Source: Candidatus Onstottus arcticum
GTDB lineage: Bacteria > Acidobacteriota > Blastocatellia > UBA7656
NCBI GenBank assembly: GCA_038040485.1
Contig: JBBPIE010000006.1
Span: 142,435-206,434 of the forward strand
Direction: 5' to 3'
DNA length: 64,000 bases
Below the pieces are notes generated by a model that saw only the letters and a program-made list of their open reading frames with translations, did not search any database and was not told the origin of the DNA. This document shows, piece by piece, positions 24,253 to 32,431 of this stretch. Numbering within the stretch: the first letter of the stretch is position 1; every line of letters begins with the position of its first letter. A program made the translations under genes and the position numbers.

Positions 24253-27200
24253 ATGCAGAAGCAGAAAGCAGCCAAGAACGCGGAGGGAAGAAACGCTGCG
24301 CGGGTCATCCTGCTCTGTTTCTTCCTGTCCGGCGCAAGCGGACTGATCTATCAGGTGGTGTGGGTGCGCGAGCTGGTGCTCGTGTTTGGCGCCACGACGT
24401 TCGCGGTGAGCACGGTGCTGACAGCCTTCATGGGCGGGCTCGCGCTTGGAAGCTATTTGTTAGGCCGCCGCGCCGAAGGGCTAACCCGTCCGCTGCGGCT
24501 CTACGGCTTGCTCGAGATCGGAATTGGACTGTACGGACTTGCTGTCCCGTTGATCTTCGCCACGCTCACCTCGGTTTATCATTCCTTCTGGCAATGGCTT
24601 CATCTGTCATTCCTCGCTCTGAGCATAGTCAGATTCCTGTTTGCTTCTGCGGTGTTGATACTGCCGACCGCGTTGATGGGCGCAACACTGCCGGTGCTGT
24701 CCAGCTACTATGCGCGCGACTCGAGGCGGATTGGGTTGCGAGTTGGGCTGCTGTACGCGGTGAACACGTTTGGGGCGGTGGTCGGAGCGGCGGCTACAGG
24801 GTTTGTGTTGATTCCCTCACTCGGAATGCGAGCCACTACCGGAGTTGCCGCCGCGATCAACATTCTTCTGGGAGTGGTTGCAATAAGGCTGGCACGCGTG
24901 GACCGATCGGTGCCGGCGGCCAGACCAGAGCTGCAAGACGACGACAGCAGCCGAAGCGCCGGTGAGCCTCGCGGTGAAAAGCCGAGTGTGCGCGCCCGCG
25001 CGCGGTCTACTGCTTCGTTGATCAGGTCCGCCGCAGGCCAGGTGTTGAGGGTTCACAAGGCCGCCGCACTTGTTGCGTTCGCCGTCAGCGGTTTTGTCGC
25101 GTTGTCTTACGAAGTGATTTGGAGCCGCGTGCTGGCGCTGATCATCGGGTCTTCGGTCTACGCGTTCAGCATCATGCTGACGACGTTTCTGATAGGGCTC
25201 GCCGTCGGGGCAAGCATCGCTTCGCGGTTTGTCGACCGAATTCGAAAACCGATGCTGACCTTTGCCGGGATCGAGCTTGGAGTCGGCGTGACCTGTCTGG
25301 CCGGCGCTTACTTGTTCAACGATCTACCTTACGTCTTTGTCCAGCTCTATCGCTGGGTGGACAGCACGAGCTGGAGCGTGTTGCTGTTCGCGCGATTCTT
25401 GATCTCTTCGCTGGTGATGATCGTGCCGACACTGCTTCTCGGGAGCCTGTTCCCGCTTGTCGTGCGAATCGTATCGAGCGATGAGACTGCGCAAACAGGC
25501 GGAAGAAGCGCGGGTGAGGCATACGCGGCCAACACTATTGGAGCGATCGCCGGCTCGTTTGCCAGCGGGTTCGTGTTGATACCGTGGCTCGGTTTGCTGG
25601 GGAGCCTTAGGCTGTGTGCGGCGCTCAACTTTGTAGTCTCGGCGGGGCTGTTCATATCGATGAGGACGAGCGCCGCACCGAATAAGCCGGGCGTCTCGCT
25701 CTCTCCGCGTCGCGCGCTCGCTTCCTGGACCGGTGTCGGGGTTTCAGCGGCGCTGATCATCGCGGCCTCGGTATTCGAGCCGCCGTGGGACTCGGAGGTG
25801 ATGTCCAGCGCGGTCTATCGATACGCGCCGTCGCTCGCCAACAAAAGCCGCAAGGAGCTGTTCGACTTCCTGAAACGCGGCCAGGGTGAGACCGTCTTCT
25901 ACAAGGAAGGAATCACCGCAACCGTCGCCGTTCAGCGGCAAGGCGGCGGCCGCGTGCTCAAGGTAAACGGCAAACCCGAAGCTTCGACCGCCGGCGATAT
26001 GCCGACACAAATCCTGATCGGCTCGCTGCCGCTGCTTGTCCGCGAGCGAACCGACGACGTGCTGTTGATCGGGCTCGGAAGCGGAGTGACGCTCGGATCG
26101 ATCGAGCAGTTTCCGGTCAGGCAGATCACCTGCGTCGAACTCGAGCCCGCGATTTTGGAAGCGACTCGATTCTTTGAAGACGTCAATAACCGCCCGCTCG
26201 AAGATCCGCGCTTGCGAATGGTTTCAAACGACGGCCGGAATTTCATCTACACCACAAACGAAAAGTTCGACGTGATCGTCTCGGAGCCGTCGAACCCGTG
26301 GATAAGCGGCGTTGCGAACCTGTTCACGCTCGAGTACTTCAAGCGGGGCGCCGAGCGGTTGAAAGACGACGGGTTGTTCAGCCAGTGGCTGCAGATGTAC
26401 GAGATGTCACCCGAAGATGTGCGGACGCTGATCGCGACTTTCCGCGCCGCCTTTCCCCAGGTGTATGTCTTTCGGGGCTCGGAAGGCGACTTGATGCTGC
26501 TCGGCAGCAAGAGCGCGCGGCGCCTCGATCTCGCGGCGCTCGAATCACATTTCATCCAGCCAAGAGTCGCCGCCGACTTGAAGCGCATCAACACAACCCT
26601 CGCAACCGATCTTCTGTCGCGGTTCTATCTGGGGCCCGATGAAGTGACCGCGCTCGTCCGGGGCGCGCTGCTCAACACCGACGACAACGCGCTGATCGAG
26701 TTCAACGCGCCGCGCCGCGTCGGGACTGCCGAGGAAACAGTTCAGCTCAACGTCAAGCAGTTGCTCGCGCACGCGGCGTCGCCGCTGCCGTATCTTGATG
26801 CAGACTTGGCCGGCGCTCACGGCGAGAGCGATTTGCTGGTAAAAGCGGCGCTCGGAGCGGTGAAGCGGGACGATCATTTGCGGGCGGAACAGTTCGCAGG
26901 CTATTCGCTTGAAAGGGAGGAGAGCGCCGAAGCTAACGGGATTCTCGGCGAGTTGCGCAACGCTCGTGGCGATGAATCCTCCGCCATCCAGTCATGGCAG
27001 GCGGCGCTCCAGCTCAACCCCGATCACTTCTATTCGCTGATCAATCTCGGCAAGCTCTACCTGACGAAACAGGACACGCCTCGCGCTGCTGGTTACCTGG
27101 ACCACGCGCTCCGAATCGATCCGGCAAGCGCGCGGGCTCACCACCTGCGCGGGCTCGCCTATCAAGCTTCGGGGGACAGCACGCGAGCCGCGCTCGAATA

Positions 27201-27564
27201 TCGCAAAGCGCTGCCGGACGCTCAGTACACCCGCAGCGTTCAGACTTTTTATTTGAACTTCGGGACCGCGTTGATTCAGATCGGGCTGTACGACGAAGCT
27301 TCGCAGATGTTGGAAGAGTACGCGCGGCTGGCGCCGAATGATTTCGACGGGCACTACCAACTGGGGATGGCGCTTGAGATAGAGGCTGAGCGATCGCTTG
27401 ACGATGCGAAGAGCCGGCGCGCGGTCGAGCAGTTGAAGCTGGCGCTGGGGCTGAACTCGAGCCACGCGATGGCGCACTATTATTTGAGCAAGGCTTATCG
27501 AAGGCTCGAAGAGTTCGAGCTTGCTGAGGCTGAGTTCGAGTTATACGAGCGGCTCTCCCCGTAA
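24253..27564 (+). CDS. fused membrane protein: N-terminal multi-TM domain + spermidine synthase-like (PABS) domain + C-terminal TPR repeats
   Basis: 1103 aa. About 12 TM helices. PABS core (VLLIGLGSGVTLGS...ITCVELEPAILEATRFF...MVSNDGRNFI...FDVIVSEPSNPW). C-terminal TPR repeats. Confidence 0.8.
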   Translation: MQKQKAAKNAEGRNAARVILLCFFLSGASGLIYQVVWVRELVLVFGATTFAVSTVLTAFMGGLALGSYLLGRRAEGLTRPLRLYGLLEIGIGLYGLAVPLIFATLTSVYHSFWQWLHLSFLALSIVRFLFASAVLILPTALMGATLPVLSSYYARDSRRIGLRVGLLYAVNTFGAVVGAAATGFVLIPSLGMRATTGVAAAINILLGVVAIRLARVDRSVPAARPELQDDDSSRSAGEPRGEKPSVRARARSTASLIRSAAGQVLRVHKAAALVAFAVSGFVALSYEVIWSRVLALIIGSSVYAFSIMLTTFLIGLAVGASIASRFVDRIRKPMLTFAGIELGVGVTCLAGAYLFNDLPYVFVQLYRWVDSTSWSVLLFARFLISSLVMIVPTLLLGSLFPLVVRIVSSDETAQTGGRSAGEAYAANTIGAIAGSFASGFVLIPWLGLLGSLRLCAALNFVVSAGLFISMRTSAAPNKPGVSLSPRRALASWTGVGVSAALIIAASVFEPPWDSEVMSSAVYRYAPSLANKSRKELFDFLKRGQGETVFYKEGITATVAVQRQGGGRVLKVNGKPEASTAGDMPTQILIGSLPLLVRERTDDVLLIGLGSGVTLGSIEQFPVRQITCVELEPAILEATRFFEDVNNRPLEDPRLRMVSNDGRNFIYTTNEKFDVIVSEPSNPWISGVANLFTLEYFKRGAERLKDDGLFSQWLQMYEMSPEDVRTLIATFRAAFPQVYVFRGSEGDLMLLGSKSARRLDLAALESHFIQPRVAADLKRINTTLATDLLSRFYLGPDEVTALVRGALLNTDDNALIEFNAPRRVGTAEETVQLNVKQLLAHAASPLPYLDADLAGAHGESDLLVKAALGAVKRDDHLRAEQFAGYSLEREESAEANGILGELRNARGDESSAIQSWQAALQLNPDHFYSLINLGKLYLTKQDTPRAAGYLDHALRIDPASARAHHLRGLAYQASGDSTRAALEYRKALPDAQYTRSVQTFYLNFGTALIQIGLYDEASQMLEEYARLAPNDFDGHYQLGMALEIEAERSLDDAKSRRAVEQLKLALGLNSSHAMAHYYLSKAYRRLEEFELAEAEFELYERLSP

Positions 27565-27638
27565 GGTGTGGCACACGCTTCAGTCTGTCGGCGCTTGAGC
27601 GTCATCACCTCACGAGACTTGTTTAGACTGCGGCACAC

Positions 27639-28652
27639 CTAACCGCCCAGCGTTATCATCTCGATCTTACGGTGCTGCTTAGGCTGATACCCGCCGGGCG
27701 AATTCATCGCCTCCAGCCGTTCATCCGAGTACCTGTCCGTTCTTTCGCGCCAAACATTCGAGATCACTTCGATCAACTCGTCGTCGGTCGCGCCGCCCCG
27801 CATCAAGCCTTTCAAGTCGTGGCCGTGATCTGAAAACAAACACGTCACGAGCTTGCCGTCGGCGGTGAGTCTTGCTCGCGTGCAGCTCGAGCAGAACGGC
27901 TCGGTGACCGAAGCGATCACGCCGATGTCTCCGCCTCCGTCCGCGAATTCGTAATCCACCGAAGGCGCGCTGCCATGATCGCGGCCGACTTCTCTCAACG
28001 GGAATCGCGCGTCGATACGATCAATGATCTCCTTCTTCGAGACCATCTTCGCTGATATCCAGTTGTTCGAGTTGCCGACGTCCATGTACTCGATAAACCG
28101 CATTGCGAATCCGTTCTCTCGCGAGAACTCGACAAGCGGAATGATGTCGTCGTCGTTCAAGCCTCGCTCGATCACCGCGTTTATCTTTATCGGCCGAAGC
28201 CCCGCGCGCTTTGCGGCAAACAAACCGGCAAGCACCCGGTCAAGATCGCCTCGCTTGGTCATCTGCTTGAACTTGGGGGCGTCGAGCGTGTCGAGGCTGA
28301 CGTTGATGCGGCGAAGCCCGGCCGCTGCAAGCGACGGAGCTTGTTCCTCGAGCAATGCCCCGTTTGTTGTCAGACACATATCCTCGATGCCGGCGATCGG
28401 CGCAAGCTTGCCGATCAGTACATCGAGGTCCTTGCGCAGCAACGGCTCACCTCCGGTCAATCTGATCTTGTTGACGCCCAGCCCGGCAAACAAACTCGCC
28501 AGACGGGTGATTTCTTCGAACGTTAAGATCTCGCGCTTGTCGATCCACACGTACTCGTCGAAAGGCATGCAGTAAGTGCATCGAAAATTGCACCTGTCGG
28601 TCACAGAGATCCTCAGATCACGCACCGGACGGTTGTAGCGGTCTTGCAACAT
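27639..28652 (-). CDS. moaA: GTP 3',8-cyclase MoaA (molybdenum cofactor biosynthesis, radical SAM)
   Basis: CNFRCTYCMP radical-SAM cluster motif, GGEPLLR, C-terminal CxxC...C auxiliary cluster. Likely start is the second ATG (28650-28652, MLQDRYNRPV...) preceded by GGGAGC. The track ORF extends 4 codons further, to 28664. Confidence 0.9.
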   Translation of the reverse strand: MLQDRYNRPVRDLRISVTDRCNFRCTYCMPFDEYVWIDKREILTFEEITRLASLFAGLGVNKIRLTGGEPLLRKDLDVLIGKLAPIAGIEDMCLTTNGALLEEQAPSLAAAGLRRINVSLDTLDAPKFKQMTKRGDLDRVLAGLFAAKRAGLRPIKINAVIERGLNDDDIIPLVEFSRENGFAMRFIEYMDVGNSNNWISAKMVSKKEIIDRIDARFPLREVGRDHGSAPSVDYEFADGGGDIGVIASVTEPFCSSCTRARLTADGKLVTCLFSDHGHDLKGLMRGGATDDELIEVISNVWRERTDRYSDERLEAMNSPGGYQPKQHRKIEMITLGG

Positions 28653-28679
28653 CAAAGCTCCCATCAGCTAAGCATAGCG

Positions 28680-28708
28680 ATTCTACAGCAGAGGATGGTG
28701 TCTGGCAA
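28680..28708 (-). promoter_or_regulatory. sigma70-like promoter for moaA (TTGCCA - 17 nt - TAGAAT on the minus strand)
   Basis: -35 is the complement of 28703-28708. -10 is the complement of 28680-28685. Same architecture as the promoter at 2547-2576. Confidence 0.45.
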
Positions 28709-28714
28709 AAACTC

Positions 28715-28870
28715 CTAGTGTCCTAAAGTTGTGTTGCTCGTTCTGTCGGCGAATCGAGCAACCGCCAAGACGCCAAGAGCGCCAAGATTCTCAACGGATT
28801 CTTGGTTTAACCTTGGCGTTCTTTGCGTCTTGGCGGTTTTCCAATCGAGCAACACACTAATAGGACACTA
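28715..28870. repeat. about 155-nt nested inverted-repeat element upstream of the moaA promoter
   Basis: Outer arms ctagtgtcctaaagttgtgttgctcg / cgagcaacacactaataggacactac. Inner imperfect arms ccgccaagacgccaagagcgccaag / cttggcgttctttgcgtcttggcgg. AATCGAGCAAC occurs as a direct repeat. Confidence 0.6.
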
Positions 28871-28887
28871 CCCAAAAACTCGGTGCT

Positions 28888-28946
28888 CGTGTCGGTAGCT
28901 CGACCGTCAGGGAGAGCTCTCCCTCACGGTCGAGCTAGCTGACACG
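28888..28946. repeat. family-B 56-59-nt palindrome (TGTC(G/A)GTAGCTCGACCGTCAGGGAGAGCTCTCCCT(C/A)ACGGTCGAGCTA..GACA), copy 1
   Basis: Near-perfect self-complementary sequence between the mobB-like stop (28959) and the nested IR. Confidence 0.7.
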
Positions 28947-28958
28947 GGTTGACCCACC

Positions 28959-29633
28959 TCATCGCGCCGGGGAGGTTAGCGGCGGCGCGCTTGCCCGGTC
29001 GTAGGGCAGGATGCGTGCGTGATGAATCCGCATTACCTCTCTGGCAACAAGCGCAAGATCCCGCTCGAAGTAGATCGGTTTGCCGGTGAGGTTACCCCCG
29101 CGCTTCGACAGACGTTCTCTAAGCTCTTCGGCAATCAAGACGTCGGGCTCGCTCCTGTTCACATAGATCGCGTTCATCTTCGGCATCACTCGAACTGCGG
29201 ATGATTTGATGTCGCGAACGGGCGGGCTCGCGACCATGATCGAGTAGTCGGCATCGATGTGTTTCAGGAAGCTGCCGCCTTCGATTATCACTCCTTCGCG
29301 TTCGACTCGTGAGAGGGCGATCTTGATCCCCTCCTCGACTTGTTCATCCGTTGCGACGACCCAATGAACCATCGCCGCTCCCGCCTCCCAAAACCGGGCG
29401 GTGTCTTTACCCGGCTCGCAGGTTTCGGCTTGGCCGCTCAGCACGAGCGGACGCGCGCCCAGCAGCGGGCTCACACAGCAAGCATCCGGGTTCTTGCCGC
29501 ACGAGCGATAATGTCCGCGCGTCACCTTGATCGCTTCCCAGCCTGGGAGCATGCCCAGCAGTTTGCACACGACCGTTGTTTTACCCACATCGGACGAGAA
29601 GCCTGAGACGGAAACTATGGTTGGCCTTATCAA
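28959..29633 (-). CDS. P-loop NTPase, possibly MobB-like molybdopterin-guanine dinucleotide biosynthesis adapter
   Basis: Walker A SVSGFSSDVGKTTVV. Adjacent to and co-oriented with moaA. TTG start. Family call is tentative. Confidence 0.45.
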   Translation of the reverse strand: MIRPTIVSVSGFSSDVGKTTVVCKLLGMLPGWEAIKVTRGHYRSCGKNPDACCVSPLLGARPLVLSGQAETCEPGKDTARFWEAGAAMVHWVVATDEQVEEGIKIALSRVEREGVIIEGGSFLKHIDADYSIMVASPPVRDIKSSAVRVMPKMNAIYVNRSEPDVLIAEELRERLSKRGGNLTGKPIYFERDLALVAREVMRIHHARILPYDRASAPPLTSPAR

Positions 29634-30056
29634 AAGATCCTCAGCCGCGCTTGAACCGGCGAAGCGACGGTCAGGCTAGAGTAGCCCGTCGCGCCGGTCG
29701 ATCACAAGGTAAACAGAATTGCTGTTTTCGAGCCGCGTCCGACCGGCGATCGCGAGCCCACACACGGGCGTGTTTTGTCGCGTTCTATTGTTCAGCCGGG
29801 AGAAATGGTGCCCGCCGAGTGAAGCAAGGTTTCCGCTTCCGCAATTGACCCACAAAACGGGAGTTTGCTAATGTCCTGTCTCAATTTCGATTCCGCTTGA
29901 TTTCGATTTGCCGGGCTGGAGTTGTCGGAGGCGGGAACTATCCGGGCTTGCGGTATCAAGTCAACGCGGATTGTCCCGACTCCTAACGCTGCGATTAGTG
30001 ATGTGGAAGTTTAATCGCCAGCGGCCCTCCCGTCCGTCCGATGAGGAGCCCGACGT

Positions 30057-31340
30057 TTGAAAGTAACACTGGCTCAGCGCCTCCGCCGCTTCCCACTCTG
30101 GCGCCCTCTCGCCCAGCGTGACTTCCGGCTGCTGTTCGTGGGACAAAGCGTCTCGCTGTTTGGCGACCAGTTCTATCTGGTGGCGCTGACCTGGCTGACC
30201 TTACAACTGACCGGGTCGGGGCTGGCGCTCGGAACCGTGTTGATGGTTGGGGGCGGCGCGCGGGGAGTTTTTCAACTGGTCGGCGGCGCGCTCAGCGATC
30301 GGATGTCGCAACGAACGATCCTTCTCATCTCGAATATCGTGCGTGCGCTTGTGAGCGCGCTGCTCACCGCTGTTGTGTTTCTTGGGATCACGCGACTCTG
30401 GCATTTGATTGTGCTTTCGCTGCTGTTCGGAATTGTCGACGCATTTTTTCAGCCGGCCTTCCTGGCGTTCGTCCCGAGGCTCATCGACAGGAACCAACTC
30501 ACCGCGGGCAGTGCGCTAATGCGCGGGTCTAGCCGGCTGATGGGAATGGTCGGACCTGCGGCAGCGGGGTTGGTCCTCTACAGGGTCGGCATGGCATCCG
30601 CTTTTGCGCTCGACACGGCGACCTTCGTATTCGCGGCGTCCACCGTCTGGTTGATGAGAAAACCCAGGTTGCCTGCTTCGTCAGATCGAGAGTTGAAGGA
30701 GGAAGAAACCTCTACTCTGAAAGGATTGCTCGGATCAATCAGAGAGGGGCTCAAGTATGCGTGGAGCGATCCGCTCCTTCGAACGCTGCTGATCTTCATT
30801 ACCGCGGTTGAATTCTCATTCGTCGGCGCGTCAGGCGTCGGACTGGCGGTGCTGGCAAAGGACAGGTTCGGCGGCGGAGACGCGGCCTCGGAGGGCGGCG
30901 CTGCATTCGCGACGATCCTCGCAGCCATGGGAGCGGGGGCCTGGATTGGGATGATTGTGGCTGGCTCAATCGAGGCACCGAAGAGAAAAGGCCGGCTTGT
31001 CGTTGGGCTCTCATTCATGATGGGCGCCGGGCTCGCAGTGGTTGGAGTTGCGCCGAACGTCGTCACCGCTTCGATCGTGTTCGGCTTTGTTGGCCTGGGC
31101 GGCGGGATGGCCAACATCATCATACTGGCATGGATGCAGGCGCGCACGGATCCGCAGATGCTGGGCCGGGTAATGGCGCTGGCGATGTTCATGGTCTCGG
31201 TGATAGAACCGCTTTCGCTTGCGCTTGCGGGGCTGATCGCCGACTACAACGTAACTCTGATGTTTGCCGCAGCCGGCGGAGTCTTGCTGGCCACCAGTGC
31301 CCTTTCACTCGCAAGCAGAACTCTGCTAACCAGCGACTGA
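30057..31340 (+). CDS. MFS transporter (12 TM; EntS/DHA3-like)
   Basis: 427 aa. TTG start with SD GAGGAG upstream. N-terminus FRLLFVGQSVSLFGDQFYLVALTWL and two 6-TM halves typical of MFS. Confidence 0.85.
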   Translation: MKVTLAQRLRRFPLWRPLAQRDFRLLFVGQSVSLFGDQFYLVALTWLTLQLTGSGLALGTVLMVGGGARGVFQLVGGALSDRMSQRTILLISNIVRALVSALLTAVVFLGITRLWHLIVLSLLFGIVDAFFQPAFLAFVPRLIDRNQLTAGSALMRGSSRLMGMVGPAAAGLVLYRVGMASAFALDTATFVFAASTVWLMRKPRLPASSDRELKEEETSTLKGLLGSIREGLKYAWSDPLLRTLLIFITAVEFSFVGASGVGLAVLAKDRFGGGDAASEGGAAFATILAAMGAGAWIGMIVAGSIEAPKRKGRLVVGLSFMMGAGLAVVGVAPNVVTASIVFGFVGLGGGMANIIILAWMQARTDPQMLGRVMALAMFMVSVIEPLSLALAGLIADYNVTLMFAAAGGVLLATSALSLASRTLLTSD

Positions 31341-31518
31341 TGATTCAAGACCGAGACTAAATCGAGACTCTCAGATAGAGGCGGGCGGCGAAGCAAACGT
31401 CGGCGGGCCTGTCCTCTGCGTCGGGTCGAGGTCGTCGTGAGTTGGAAACGCTCCGACGGCCTTCGCCATCCCTTGCCATTCATCATTGCACCCCATGACC
31501 TGCTACCGGCAAGCGGAG

Positions 31519-31554
31519 TGTGTAGCTGCTTCACAAGTGTGAAGCAGCTACACA
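31519..31554. promoter_or_regulatory. perfect 36-bp palindrome TGTGTAGCTGCTTCACA-AG-TGTGAAGCAGCTACACA (operator-like)
   Basis: Exact 17-nt inverted arms. A third direct copy of the 17-mer lies at 31606-31622 and a degenerate copy at about 31569-31587. Confidence 0.8.
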
Positions 31555-31605
31555 TAGCCCGTAACCTGTTACACACCCGTAGCTTGAGCGCAGAACCGAG
31601 AGTCG

Positions 31606-31622
31606 TGTGTAGCTGCTTCACA
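31606..31622. repeat. third copy of the TGTGTAGCTGCTTCACA half-site
   Basis: Exact match to the left arm of the 36-bp palindrome, 52 nt downstream. Confidence 0.8.
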
Positions 31623-32109
31623 CTTTCGCCATTCTAAGTCTCGCGCGGCCGAACCACGTAAGTCACTGAATTCACAAACCTGCTGGTCGGGCCACGGCTT
31701 GATCCCGCAGCGGCACGCGCATTGCCCTACAGATCGGCGTAACGAGCGGAAAAAGCTGAGGCCAATCGTGGAGGCCAAAGCCAAACCACAAGAACGACAA
31801 AGGAGACTGCCATGTTGTGTGACGCAAGAGTACTGATGGACGACTAATTAGCTTAGCCTGAACAACCTTGCGAAGGCCCAGCGATTCATTGAGGGCCTAG
31901 CCACAGACCACCTTCGTCTATGCGTTAAGGACGGAGGGCGCGGAAAGCCAAAAAGGGAGATCCGTATGGCTCGCGTAGAAACCTCTTCAAGTATGGGCGT
32001 GATCTTTGACGAAATCGGAATCGAAGAAGTGATCGCCCCTCGTCTCTGAACTGCTAAACCGCCGGGCAACCGCGGTAAGTTCAACCGAAGCGCGCACTAG
32101 GTTGCGAGC

Positions 32110-32244
32110 TTAAACGGGCCGACCGTCCGAGGCCTCTTCGAGGGTCTCGCGGTTGGCCGTATTTCCGAAGCCCATTCTTTCCAACAGACTCACAAACCGC
32201 GGATCGTCACGCAGACGATCCACCAACGGATCGACCTTGAGCAT
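32110..32244 (-). pseudogene. possible remnant: C-terminal 44 codons of a TPR-type protein (…DPRFVSLLERMGF…)
   Basis: Minus-strand frame reads MLKVDPLVDRLRDDPRFVSLLERMGFGNTANRETLEEASDGRPV*. This resembles C-terminal tails of TPR-containing kinases/cyclases. A stop lies immediately upstream in frame. No full gene. Confidence 0.25.
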
Positions 32245-32431
32245 CGCGACCGCTTACCTTGACCAGACACAATATCTGAACCACTTCTACCTGATCAGCC
32301 TGCTACTTCGACGACGCGGCCGGCATCGTCTTTTGTCGAGCGCGTGGCGCCGAATGCTCGCGGACTCACTACTTGCGACTCGTGCGACGGCGATCAATGC
32401 ACCGCCCATACTCCAACGCACTCCTCTTTAA

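Noticed and set aside
28665-28870. Molybdenum-cofactor riboswitch upstream of moaA
   Set aside because: A strong sigma70-type promoter (TTGCCA-17-TAGAAT) lies only about 10-25 nt upstream of the moaA start. The structured inverted-repeat element is therefore upstream of the promoter, not in the 5' UTR.
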